Of a DNA stretch of 64,000 nt, positions 24,420 through 37,321 are shown piece by piece. Source of the DNA: an uncultured Verrucomicrobiae bacterium. Its GTDB lineage: Bacteria; Verrucomicrobiota; Verrucomicrobiia; Chthoniobacterales; Chthoniobacteraceae. The notes beneath the pieces are model-generated. The model ran no database searches, was not told the origin of the DNA, and saw only the letters and a list, made by a program, of their open reading frames with translations. Numbering within the stretch: position 1 is the stretch's first letter; every line of letters begins with the position of its first letter. The DNA is taken from contig CAVYKI010000012.1 of NCBI GenBank assembly GCA_963769025.1, positions 416,001 to 480,000 on the forward strand, written 5' to 3'. The translations under genes and the position numbers were made by a program.

Positions 24420-25578
24420 CTATTTCCCGCCGGCCCCGATTTTCTCCGCCGCAATCGCTCTGGCCCATGAGTCGGCGGCGATGATTTCCTCGAGCGAAGC
24501 GTGCGGCTTTGCGGTGTGCGCGCGCATGACGCTCTCGACCGTCCGCCAGATCGCGGGAAAGCCGCATCGTCCATCGAGGAAGGCGGCGACGGCGACTTCG
24601 TTCGCGGCGTTCAGCACGGAAGGCAGTGTGCCGCCGTCGGTGCCGGCCCAGCGCGCGAGATCGAGCGCGGGGAAATCGGCAGTGCGCGGCGCTTCGAATT
24701 CGAGCTTGGTCAGCTTGGTGAAATCGAGCGGCGGGAGGCGGTTCGGCACGCGCTCGGGCCACGTGACTGCGAACTGGATCGGGAAGCACATGTCCGTCGC
24801 GCTGAGCTGCGCGAGCACGGAGTTGTCCACGAATTCGACCATCGAGTGGATGATGCTCTGCGGATGCACGACCACGTCCACGCGCGCCATCTCCACATCG
24901 AACAGCCAGCGCGCCTCGATCATTTCCAGGCCCTTGTTGAAGAGCGTCGCGGAATCGATCGTGATCTTCGCGCCCATGACCCAGGTCGGGTGCTTCAGCG
25001 CCTGCGCCTTCGTCACTTTCTCCAAATCCGCCGCCGGCAAAGTGCGGAATGGTCCGCCGCTCGCGGTGAGGATGATGCGCCGCACCTGCTCCGGGCTGCG
25101 ACCTTCGATGCACTGGAAAATCGCGTTGTGCTCGCTGTCCACGGGCAGCACTTGCACGCCCTTTTTGCGCGCGGCGGTCATCACGGCTTCGCCGGCCATC
25201 ACGAGGATTTCCTTGCTCGCGACGGCGATATCCTTGCCCGCCTCGATCGCCGCGAGCGCAGGCCGCAGGCCTGCGGTGCCGACGATGGCGATGAGCACCA
25301 GATCGGCCTCGGGCAGCGTGGCGAGTTCGCAGAGGCCTTCATCGCCGGCAAAAACCGGCAGGCCCGTCGCCGACGCCACGTCCTTGACCGCGCCGGCGTC
25401 CGCGACTGAGACGGCCTTCGGGCGAAATTCCCGCGCCTGCTCGATGAGGCGAGCCGCATTTTTCCCGGCGGCGAGGCGCGACGACTTCCATCCGTTCGGG
25501 GATGTCGCGCGCGACTTTCAGCGCGCTTTCGCCGATGCTCCCGGTGGAGCCGAGGATGACCACGCGGCGCTTTCTCAT
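24420..25578 (-). CDS. dxr: 1-deoxy-D-xylulose-5-phosphate reductoisomerase; frameshifts near the 5' end
   Basis: ILGSTGSIG, PVDSEH, LTASGGPF, HPTWVMGAKITIDSAT, NAANE. Confidence 0.95.
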
Positions 25579-26456
25579 CGGGGCAGGACGAAGCGCAGGT
25601 AGAAAAACATCATCGGCGCAGTGAAGAGGATGCTGTCGATGAGGTCGAGCGCACCGCCGATGCCGGGGAGAAAGCGCCCGCTGTCCTTCGCCCCGCAGCT
25701 TCGCTTCAGCAGCGACTCCGCGAGGTCGCCGACGATCGCTGCAAAGCCAAGAATCAGCCCGAGAATCACCGCATCCGACTGCTGGAGGTAGTGCAATTTT
25801 TCCGGCATCAGCGCGAGCAGCCCGCACCCGCCGCCGACGCTGAAGACGAGCGCTCCGAAAAATCCCTCCCACGTTTTCTTCGGCGAGATGTGCGGCACGA
25901 GCGGATGCTTGCCGATGAGCGAGCCGGTGAGGTAGGCGCCCATGTCGCTGAATTTCGTCACCAGCACGAGGAACAGCACGTACCAGTGCCCCGTCACGTG
26001 CCCGTCGATCCGCGGCGTGAGATACACGATCTTCGCCACAAAGCTGAACGGCCACGGCACGTAGAACAGTCCGAAAAGCGTCAGCGCCATCGTCTCCAGC
26101 GGCACGAGTTCCACCACGCGCACGAACATCTGCCGCGCGAAAACCACGAGCAGGAAGAGCAGCAGCGTGCCGATTTCAAAGTCGTAGATCGCCTCCGGCC
26201 GCGCCCCGCGTCCCCAGAGCCAGTAGAAGCTCCCGCCGAGCATCAGCGCCCCGCAGAACATGCCGAACATTTTGAAGTTCGGCAGCTTCTTCACATCGAG
26301 CATCGAGTAGTACTCCCACAGCCCCACGAGCCCGAGCCCGGAAACCAGCAGCACAAAGCCCGGCTCCGAGCCGGTGAAGATCGTCCACAGCGCGACCGTC
26401 CACAGCACGGCCGTGCTCGCGAAGCGGCGGAGAAAAGTGAGCTTCCTGTCAGTCAT
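25575..26456 (-). CDS. cdsA: Phosphatidate cytidylyltransferase
   Basis: SDMGAYLTG, ISPKKTWEG, GDLAESLLKR, KDSG..LPGIGGALDLIDS. Confidence 0.93.
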   Translation of the reverse strand: MTDRKLTFLRRFASTAVLWTVALWTIFTGSEPGFVLLVSGLGLVGLWEYYSMLDVKKLPNFKMFGMFCGALMLGGSFYWLWGRGARPEAIYDFEIGTLLLFLLVVFARQMFVRVVELVPLETMALTLFGLFYVPWPFSFVAKIVYLTPRIDGHVTGHWYVLFLVLVTKFSDMGAYLTGSLIGKHPLVPHISPKKTWEGFFGALVFSVGGGCGLLALMPEKLHYLQQSDAVILGLILGFAAIVGDLAESLLKRSCGAKDSGRFLPGIGGALDLIDSILFTAPMMFFYLRFVLPR

Positions 26457-26561
26457 TGGCATCGGCAGCCGCGGAAGGTGGCGGGCACGGGGACATGTGT
26501 CGAGTTCGGAGCGAGGGCTTGCTACCCGCGCGCCGGAATCGGTAGCGTCAGTGTTTACGCA

Positions 26562-28868
26562 ATGAATATCCGCAGCACCGTCCTCGCTTTCGCCGCGCTG
26601 TGCATCAGCGCGCACGGGGAACCGATGCGGCCGCTGACCGGCGGCGATCCGGTGGGCAGGTTCAGCGACATCCCGATCGATATCGCGGCGGAAAACCTCG
26701 ATGCCTCCGGGATTCTCGCCACGGCCTCCGGCAACGTGCAGATCTCCTACGGCTCGACGACGATCTTCGCGGACGAAGCGCAATACGACCCCACGACGCG
26801 CGACGTCATCGCGACGGGAAATGTGCGCATCTACCGCGACGGCCAGCTCGTCACCGCCGAGCGCGCGGTGTACAATCTCGAGACCAAGGACATCATGAGC
26901 GCCTCGGTGAACGGCGAGACGTTTCCCTACCTCTATTCCGGCAATTCGTTCCAGAACATCGTCGGCAGCAATGGCTACCTCGTCAAAGGCGGGGTCTTCA
27001 CCACGGACGACTCCATTCAGCCGGGCTGGTCGCTCCGCGCACGCCGCGCACGCATTTATCCCCAATGACAGCGTCATCCTCTACGACGTGGATTTCTACG
27101 TCGGCGAGACGGCGGTGATGCGCCTGCCGTACCTCTACCAGTCGTTGAACCGGGAGAACTCGTTCAGCCTCACGCCCGGCTATCGCTCCGTGTGGGGCGG
27201 CTACCTGCTGACCACCACCACCTTTCCGCTCACCGACAAGCTCGGCGCGACGCTCCGGCTGGATTACTACTCGAATCGCGGCGCGGCCGTGGGATTGGGC
27301 CTCCAGTGGCCGTCCAAGCGCGACAGCAAGAGCTGGGGACGCTTCACCGCCTACGGGCTCCACGACGCCAACCCGGACGAGAACGAAACCGCCCTGGCAC
27401 GCGAGGCGATCTCGTCGGAACGCTACCGCGTCTCGCTGCAGGCACGCCAGTACATCACCGACGACATCTACGCCTCGGTGAACATCAACAAACTCAGCGA
27501 CACGCGCTTCCTGCAGGACTTTTTCGTGTCGGAGTTCGTCAAGAATCCGCATCCGGACAATTCGCTCAGCGTCACGAAATTTGCCGACGATTACACGGTG
27601 ACGCTGCTCGCGCGAAAGCAGGCCAACGAGTTCTTCGACGGCACCGAGCGGCTGCCCGAGGGCGCGCTGGACATCACGCGGCAGTCCGTGTTTGGCAGCA
27701 AGGTCTTCTACGAAGGCGAGACCACCGGGGGCACCTACCGGAAGAATTTCTCCAAGGGCTCCGCGTTCCCGGACTACGGCTACTCCCGGCTCGATACGTT
27801 CCACCAGTTCCTCTTCCCGCGCACCTACATGGGCTGGCTCAGCGTCGTTCCGCGCGTCGGCTTCCGCGGCACGTGGTATTCGGAAACGGGGAACACGATG
27901 GCGTTCCCCGCGACCACCGCCGAGACGCTGAACACCGAGGTCGCGAAGAACGCGGACGGGACCATCAACCGGCTGATGAAAACCGGCTCGGTCTTCCGTC
28001 CCGTGTTCAACACCGGCGTCGAGACGTCCTTCAAAATCTCGAAAGCCTACGAGACCGTCCAGAGCCGTGCATTGGGCCTCGACGGCCTGCGCCACATCAT
28101 CCAGCCGTACGCCAACCTCAGCTACGTGACCACCGACTCGAATGGCAAGGAGCTCTTCCAAATCGACAGCCTCCAGAACTCCTCCCAGCTCCCGGCGATC
28201 GACTTTCCCGTCCTTCAACGGCATCGACTCGATCACCAACTGGAACATCCTCCGCGTCGGCGCTCGCAACCGCCTCCAGACGCGCCGCGACGACTCCACC
28301 TTCAACTGGCTGGAGATGGACAGCTTCTTCGACATCCGCCTGGAGGAGCCAAACTTCGGCTCCCTCAACCCCGACACCGGCAGCTACTCGAACATCGTCA
28401 ACCGCATCCGCTTCGCGCCCGTCCCGTGGGTGAACCTGTCGCTCGACTCGCAATTGCCCCTGCTCGACACCGGTTTCTCGGAGGTGAACACGAACCTCAC
28501 CTTCCTGCCGAACGACCACATGAGCTTCACCGTCGGCCACCGCTATCTGCAGACCAATTCGCTCATCCAGGACAGCTCGCTGCTCACGCTCGGCACGCAT
28601 CTCCGGTTCAACGAAAACTGGGCCTTTTCCGCGACCGGGCAGCTACGAATTCCACGATCGCGTCCTGCAGTCGCAGACCTTCCAACTGCATCGCGACCTC
28701 ACGAGTTGGATCGCCAGCGTGGGCTTCACCGCGCTCGACAACGGAACCGCCACCACCGCGCAAAAAAGCTACGGCGTGTCGCTCACCTTCACGCTCAAGG
28801 ATCTCCCGAACGTCCGCCTCCCCGTCAGCGTGAACCCCGGCCTCGGCGGCGACAGCACCAGTCGCTGA
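26562..28868 (+). CDS. lptD: LPS-assembly protein LptD-like outer-membrane protein; several frameshifts
   Basis: Signal peptide, OstA-like N-domain (ATASGNVQI, ATGNVRI), beta-barrel-like segments (RLPEG, RLDTFHQ, LRHIIQPY, RNRLQTRR). Confidence 0.8.
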
Positions 28869-30218
<1,350 letters not shown>

Positions 30219-30229
30219 CCTGAGCTGCG

Positions 30230-30452
30230 CTAAAAGAGATCCTCTGGGTTATCGAATTTGAAGAACTCAAGGTCGATATCGATCAGATGAATCGGCTGTC
30301 GTCGAATGCCGATGCCATTGCGGATCATGTTCTCCACGATCGCGTCGCCATCGAGAAGGAGGATCGTAATTGCCCCCTTCTTTATCGAAGCAGCCTCAGC
30401 GTCCGACGTAAATCGACCGGTCGTGAGAAAGACACCGTGGTCGTAGTCGCCG
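30230..30452 (-). pseudogene. Mrr-like restriction endonuclease, C-terminal fragment
   Basis: DYDHGVFLTTGRFTSDAEAAS...ILLLDGDAIVENMIRNGIGI matches the end of the Mrr catalytic domain; lower GC than neighbours. Confidence 0.75.
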
Positions 30453-30647
30453 CCGCGAAGACGAGCTGATGAAGCAGACCACCGAAGCAACAACAAGGCG
30501 TTCTTCAAGCGGATGCCGCGAGCTGACCATCGCCGGCTATTTCACCTCCGAGATGGCTCGACGAAGGCGCTCGAATATCTGCCGATCTCTGGCCGCTTTG
30601 AAGGCGATGTCCCGATGCAGCCGGGCCAGAAGGCGTGGGCCACGTAA
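30453..30647 (+). pseudogene. Gluconate 2-dehydrogenase subunit 3 family, C-terminal fragment
   Basis: AFFKRM / ELTIAGYFTSE / KALEYLPISGRFEGDVPM...AWAT*; no 5' part present. Confidence 0.7.
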
Positions 30648-30700
30648 GCATCGACCGGCAAACTCACGATCCGACTTGGCGAACACCAATCCACACGCTC

Positions 30701-32077
30701 ATGGCACGTCTGACCATCGATTCCATCAAGGAACTGACCTACGACGCGATCGTCATCGGCTCGGGAGTTTCCGGCGGATGGGCGGCGAAGGAACTGACCG
30801 AAAAAGGCCTGCGCGTGCTGATGCTGGAGCGCGGCAAGCAGCTCGAGCACGTGACCGACTACGAGAACGCGCTGAAGGCGCCGTGGGAGCTGCAAATACA
30901 ACGCGACGCTGACCACCGCGCAGATCGAGTCGCACCCGAAGCTGGCGCGCGACTATCCGTACAACGAGATGACGGAGAAGTACTGGTTCAAGGACTCCGA
31001 TTCGCTCTACCGCGAGGTGCAGCGCTTCGACTGGTTCCGGCCGAACATCGTCGGCGGAAAATCGATCATGTGGGGCCGGCAGTCGTATCGGCTGAGCGAT
31101 CATCGATTTCGAGGCGAACCTCCGCGACGGCATCGCCGTGGACTGGCCGATCCGCTACGCGGACATCGCGCCGTGGTATTCCTACGTCGAGAAAGTTCGC
31201 GGGGATTTCGGGCGAGAAGCTCGGCCTGCCGCAGTTGCCGGACGGCGAGTTCCTGCCGCCGATGGAGATGTATTTCGTCGAGAAGGAAGTGCGGAAGCGG
31301 ATCGAGAAAACTTCCCCGGCCGCGTGATGACGATCGGCCGCGTGGCAAATCTCTCGAAGGCCGCGGAGGAGCAGCTCGGCGTCGGCCGCGCGCCGTGCCA
31401 TGTACCGCAACCGCTGCTCGCTGGGGCTGTCCGTTCGGCGCCTACTTCAGCACGCAGTCTTCCACCCTTCCGCGGCGGCGAAGACGGGCCGGCTCACACT
31501 GCGGCCGGATTCCGTCGTCACGAGATCACGTACGACGACAGCACCCAGCGCGCGACCGGCGTGCGCGTGCGCGACGCGTGACGCATGCAGGATCGCGAGT
31601 ACTTCGCGAAGATCGTCTTCGTCTGCGCGAGCTCGATCAGCTCCACGGCGCTGCTTGATGAATTCCACCTCGGCGCGTTTCCCGAATGGCCTCGGCAACG
31701 ACTCCGGCCAACTCGGATCGAAATCTCATGGATCACCACTTCCGCGCCGGCGCCACCGGGCGTCTGGGAAGGCGGCCTCGATCGCTACTACTACGGGCGC
31801 CGGCGCGCAACGGCATCTACATTCCCGCGCTACCGCAATCGTCAACGGCGACAAGCGCGACTACGTGCGCGGCTTCGGCTACCAGGGCAGCGCGAGCCGC
31901 GGCAAGGCTGGCAGCGCGACGTGGCCGAGCTCTCCTTCGGCGAAGAGCTCAAGAACGAGCTCACCGACGCCCGGCGAGTGGACGATGGGCCTCGGCGGTT
32001 TCGGCGAGACGCTGCCCTACCAGCGACAACCGCATGTGGCTCGACAAAACGACGCGCGACAAATGGGGGCATGCCCG
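30701..32077 (+). pseudogene. GMC family oxidoreductase, heavily frameshifted and 3'-truncated
   Basis: YDAIVIGSGVSGGWAAKEL, GGKSIMWGRQ, DWPIRYAD, NLMDHH, GFGETLP. Ends abruptly after DKWG(M)P with no C-terminal catalytic His region. Confidence 0.82.
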
Positions 32078-32078
32078 C

Positions 32079-32120
32079 AAGCAGTGGAATCTCTATCTCA
32101 TGCTGTTTTGGAAAAGCCAT
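32079..32120 (-). pseudogene. Mrr-like N-terminal stub
   Basis: MAFPKQHEIEIPLL resembles Mrr N-termini (MAIPxxxxxxLPLL); same strand and composition as the fragment at 30230-30452. Confidence 0.6.
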
Positions 32121-32189
32121 TTTGGAAGCCAACCAGCTACATTCTTGCGAAACTGCTGGCGAGCCGGAACGCCGTTCAATTTTTCCGGC

Positions 32190-33681
32190 TCACTCCTTCG
32201 GAATCCGGTTCAGCGTGTAGTATGCATCCGCATGGTCGAGCTTCGCGCCTTTCGCTGACTTGATTCCGTCCGCGCGCAGTTCGTGGACGTACAGTTCGCG
32301 GAGCCCGTCCACTTTCAGACGAACACTCAGACCGTCGGCGCTGACGGTCGCGGCGGTGATCGGCGCGGGCTTCATGTCGATCTCATCGCTGCCGTATGCG
32401 CCGGAGTAGAAATACGTGAAGGTCTTCATCGAGTAGGAGGCGGGATTCCCTGCGGCTGCGGCATCCACGGGTGAAGAAAAGACCAGTTCGAACCCGTCCG
32501 GCTTCGCACGCATCTCGCGGATGGCGAAAGGCGTCACGCCTTTCCAGCGCACACGCTGCAAGCCGTAGGACTTCGTGCCAAGGGACGACCAGCCGCGGCT
32601 CGTCATCCCGACCATGAGGCTTCCATCCGGTGCAAATTGCAGCCGCACGATTCCGGACGCGAAACCCGCGAGAAACGGAAACGTCGCACCCTGGTATTCG
32701 CCGTCCACTTTTTCGAGGAAGACGCGGCTCACCTTCGCGTCGGTGAATTCCGCGACCATGAACTGCCCGTCGAACGGCCCGAATTTTCCGCCCGCGGGGA
32801 CCACGGCGAGGTCGGTGCCGCTGCGGCCCATCTTGTTGTATGGCAGCCACACAGCGGGCGGGCGCATCTCGGGCAGCGCGCGCACGGCCTCGGGATACGG
32901 CACTTTCTCCGGCACCTTCGCGGAGAGCTTCAGCGGCGAGCCGGGGAGGTCCTGCGACGCGATGCCCTCGGGGTTCAGGAAAAACGCGCCTTTGCGCAGA
33001 TGGTAGATCGGCGTGGAGCAGATCCACGTCCCCTGCTGGTCCACGCAGAACATGTCGCCCGCGGCGTTCGCGCCGAGTCCGCACGGCGAGCGCATCCCGG
33101 CGACCATCGGCTGGAATTCACCGCCCGGCGTGATGATGCCGCCCCAGCCGCGCCACGGTGCCTTGTTATCCGCGTGGTCGCCCATGTCCACATTCAGCGC
33201 GACCCACAGATTTCCGTTCCCGTCGCGCTTCGGACCGTACGTGTAGCCGTGATATGAACCGGAGACGTTCCAGCCGCGCCCGGCGGTGAGATACTCGTCC
33301 GCCATGCCATCGCCATCCGTGTCGCGTAGCCGCGTCATCTCCGTGCGCTGCGTGACGAGCAGCGAGTCGCCATCGCGCAAAAGCCCGAGCGGCTCGTGCA
33401 GGCCGGATGCGAACACCTTGTAGTCCACCTTGTCCGCGGGACGCGTGAGCACGCCGTCGAGCAGCCACACCTCGCCCTTGCGGATCGCAATGGCTAGCTT
33501 TCCATCCGCGGTGAAATCCATGCCGCTGACTTCGAGCGCGATCCCCTCGCCCGGCTTCCAGTCCGTTGCTGCGCGAGGCCGAGGGCGAGTTCGCCGTGAG
33601 GATGTCTGTGATCTCGTAAGGCGAATCCGCCGCGAGAAGCGCGCCGGTGAAACAGAAAAGTGCGAGCGAGGCGGTTTTCAT
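32190..33681 (-). CDS. Secreted beta-propeller protein (PVC-type, sorbosone-dehydrogenase-like/DUF7133-like); frameshift near 33570
   Basis: Signal peptide, FASGLHEPLGL, DTDGDGMADEY, GMRSPCG, PPAVWLPY, GPFDGQ, YYTLNRIP. Confidence 0.7.
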
Positions 33682-35752
33682 TTCCACGAGTAGGTGAAGC
33701 TGCGTTTGCCCGGTGCAGCGGAGCCTTCGGTGACCGTGACGCCTTCGGGATGTGCGATCGGGAAATTCTTCATCACCTGGGCATCCGCCGAGATGGTCCG
33801 CTGAAGGCCGTTCTCGATTCCGGCAAAGCGCTCCTCCACGCGCGCACCGCCGATGCTCAGCAGGAATGTCGGCAGGCCCTCCGGGTCGAGGCGGTAGCCG
33901 TCGAAACGCACATCGCTCGTGCTCGCCGACGGCGCAGGCCATTTAACGACCGCATCGCCCAGCGGCTTCTCAAACGGCGCGAATCGGGAGAACCATGTGT
34001 TGTATGCGTCGAAGAATTTTCCCTTCCACGCCAGCGCGGGCCGCGCGTTTTTCCCGTCGTACGCCAGATGCACGCCGCTCGGAAAGCCGACGAGAATCGC
34101 GTGCGTCCCGACGCCCTCCATGAACGTCCGCTGCACGACCGGACGCTCCTTCGGGATGATCTCAAACTGCCCCGCGGTATTCGCAGGGTAGCCCTCCGGC
34201 TCGCCATTCGCGCTCTTCGCGAAGGAATAGATGGACGCGATCTGCCTGTCCGTGTCGCCCCCGAGAATGTCGCGGTTCGCCGCCTTTCCCTCCGGCCAAA
34301 AGACGGCATCAGCGTGCCCGCGCGATACGCTGCGGGATTCACGAGATACTCGCGCAGCCAGCCGGGCTGGATGCGCTGGCCGAGATTGCTGAGGTCGAGC
34401 GCCTGGATGCCGAGCGACGCGCGCTCACCCCAGCGGTGACACGTGATGCATCCGAGCCCGCCGAGCGTGCCCATGAGCTTGCGCCCCGCGGTGTCATCGC
34501 CGCCGGGTAGCACCGTTTCTGTTTTCGCATCAGCCTTCGCGAGCAACACACCGAGCGTCGCGGTCGCCGCGCCATACACCGGCATCTTCGTCTGCAAATA
34601 CGGGCGCACGCGGAACTCGCCGGTGAGCACTTTCGCGAGCCAGTCGGGTTGCAGCTTGCGCCCCGCGCCCGTGAGCGGCGGAGCGTAGCGGCCCGTGTCG
34701 CCGAGGTTATGGTCGCCGAGAAAATAGGGCTTCCGTCCCGCATCGGGGCCGCCGCGTCCGTCGCGTTCGTGGCACGCGAGACAGTTCAGCGCCTCGAGCG
34801 TGGATGACGCCACATTCGCCGGCGAGGCAGGCTCCGCGGGATCCACGAGGAAAAGCCGGAGCGCCTCGCGCTGCGGCGCGGAAAGCTCGTACCGCGGCAC
34901 GCCCGTGACAGCCGCATCGCCGAGGCATCCGCCGGAGGTCTGCTTCAACGGCACGCGCTTCACCGCCACGTCCTTCGGCAGATCGTGACACGCCGCACAG
35001 CGCAGGGATGCGACGATTCCGCGTCCCCGTTCCACGAGCGCGGTGTCCGCTTTGAAGCGGGCAATCTTCGGGGCCACCGTCCCGTCACTGCCCTCGAAAT
35101 TCAGCAGCCAGCCCGCGATGTCCACCGCGTCCTGCTCGTCCATCGCAGTGCGCGGCATGCGGCCGTCGGCACGCACCTTCAGCGGGTCCCGGATGAAATC
35201 AGCCAGCGTTGAAAGCGCGTACTTCGAGGCGAGCTTCGGAAAGGCGACGGAGCGATGCGTGAAGTCCGATTCCTTCGGCATTCCATCCGGCGGCTGGAAA
35301 TCCTTCCCCGGCGCATGGCACGCGACGCAGCCGACCGTGTGAAACAGTTCTCCGCCCCGCAAGGCGTTCACATGGCGCAGCAGTTTCGCTTTCGGCACCG
35401 CGCCCGGCTTCAGCGAGGCGAGGTAATGCAGCACCGGCTCCACCTCCGGCTGCGCGAGCAAATGCGGCATGTTCGTGCCCCCGTGCGCCTCTGACGGGTT
35501 CGCGAGAAATGCCTTCAGCCACTCCGGCTGCAGGCGCTGCGTCACGTTCACGAGGTCCGGACCGCGCCGCGCCGGCAGCCCGGTCTCGCCGCCGTGGCAG
35601 TTCGCACAGCCGAGTTCATTGAAAAGCAGCCGCCCGCCCTCGGCCGAAGGCTTCGCAGCGTGGAAACGATCAAACGCCACCACCAGCGGTTCGGCCCGCA
35701 ACGCCGCCACGTGCAGCAGCACGACGACAAACGCAGCGGCTCCCGCACGCAT
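33678..35752 (-). CDS. Multiheme c-type cytochrome (five CxxCH); frameshift near 34300
   Basis: CANCH, CVACH, CAACH, CLACH and CITCH motifs, several followed by distal Met-Pro motifs; signal peptide. Confidence 0.85.
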
Positions 35753-36658
35753 CACGCGATATCCTTCAGGCACTTCTCCACGTACGCGCGCGACTTGTTG
35801 ATCGCCGCGGTGATCTCCGCGACCGTCGGGAGGATCGGGATGCCGCGCGGCGTCGGGTGCATGAAGATTTCCACGTAGCCCGCGTAGCCGATGTCGCGCA
35901 GCGCCTTCACGATGAGCCGGTAGTCGAGCGTGCCGAGGCCGGGCATCTGCTGCATTTCGATCTCCTTGCTCGTCTTTTTCATCATGCCCTCGGAGTGCTC
36001 CTGAAAGTAGATGAACGGAGATCTGCGCGCGCCGAGATCGCGGAGCAGCTTCGGAATCTGCGTCCGGCCAGCGGAAAAGATGATGCGGCGCGAAGGCGAT
36101 GCCGAGATTCGCCGAGCGGTTGAACTCCGCGAAGTAGCGCAGCGAGTCCGGGTGATAGATCGCCTGGCCGATGTGATTCTCGATGGCGATGGTCACGCCG
36201 AGTTCCTCCGCCTTCGCGACGTGCGGCTTCATGTCCTCGAGGAATTTCTTCACCGCGTCCTTCGCCGCCTCGCCCTCGGGATCCTTCGGCCCCTTGCTGC
36301 CGCTGAGGACAATTTTGCCGCCGAGCTTTTTCACCCACGCCATCTCGTCAGCGAGCCCGAATGGCCCGAGCGGATACCGCGTGCTCACGCCGAGCTTCAC
36401 GTCGTGCTTTTTCAAAAGCGCCGCAAACGCATCGTCGCCCATCTCCGCGATCTGCTCGCGCTGGTTGCCATGCACCTTGCACCAGATGTCGATCGCCTCG
36501 CACCCGGCCTTCGCGACTTCGGGCAGAATCACATCGAGCGGCATCTCGCCATACATCGCGGAGGAGAGGACGTAGCGCAGCCTGAATGGCTCCGGCGCTG
36601 CGAATGCGGGAGCGGCGGCCGCGGCTGCGAGTGTCTGGAGGAATGTTCTGCGCTTCAT
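35752..36658 (-). CDS. Tat-exported sugar phosphate isomerase/epimerase (AP-endonuclease-2 TIM barrel); frameshift about 36020-36060
   Basis: MKRRTFL signal, IAIENH, PGLGTLDY, GYAGYVEIFMH. Confidence 0.8.
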
Positions 36659-36692
36659 TGTGGATGGGGCGTTGGTTTGAAGATTGTCGCGC

Positions 36693-37259
36693 CTATTTGC
36701 CGCAGGCGGCATCGAGCATCTTGATCCACGGGCCGACGTAGTGCCCGTTGTCGTGAAAGGTGCGGCCGCTCACCATGTGGCGGTCGATCACGCACGGCTC
36801 ATTCACGTAGATGCCGCCGCATGCTTCGAGGTCGAATTTGCACTTCGCCACCGTCGCCATGCGCAGGCCCTTCACGATGCCTGCCCGCGCCGGGATCTCC
36901 ACGCCGTGGCACACGCTCGCCATCGGCTTTTTGTTTTCCCAAAACCACCGCGTGATGCGCAGCAGGTCCTCGTCCTCGCGGATGTATTCCGGCGCGCGGC
37001 CGCCGCTGAAAAAGATGCCCGCGTATTCCTCGGGCTTGATGTCCTTGAACGCGATCTCCGCATCGATCGTGTAGCCCTCCCATTCCTTCGTGATCGTCCA
37101 GCCGGGCTTCACCTCGTGCAGCACCATCTGGTATTTGCGCTTCTCCGGCGCGGCGACGACGGGCTGGTAGCCGCCCTCGATGAGCCGGTAATAGGGATAG
37201 AGCGTGTCCACGGTCTCCGTGGCGTCGCCGACGATGACGAGGACTTTGGGTTTGTTCAT
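36693..37259 (-). CDS. DJ-1/PfpI family protein
   Basis: GDATE, SGGRAPEYIR, nucleophile in ASVCHG. Confidence 0.9.
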   Translation of the reverse strand: MNKPKVLVIVGDATETVDTLYPYYRLIEGGYQPVVAAPEKRKYQMVLHEVKPGWTITKEWEGYTIDAEIAFKDIKPEEYAGIFFSGGRAPEYIREDEDLLRITRWFWENKKPMASVCHGVEIPARAGIVKGLRMATVAKCKFDLEACGGIYVNEPCVIDRHMVSGRTFHDNGHYVGPWIKMLDAACGK

Positions 37260-37321
37260 AGGCGCAGTCTTGAAAATTCGATCCGGACAACCAAGGAAGA
37301 ATGCGTCCGGGAGGCGCAGAC

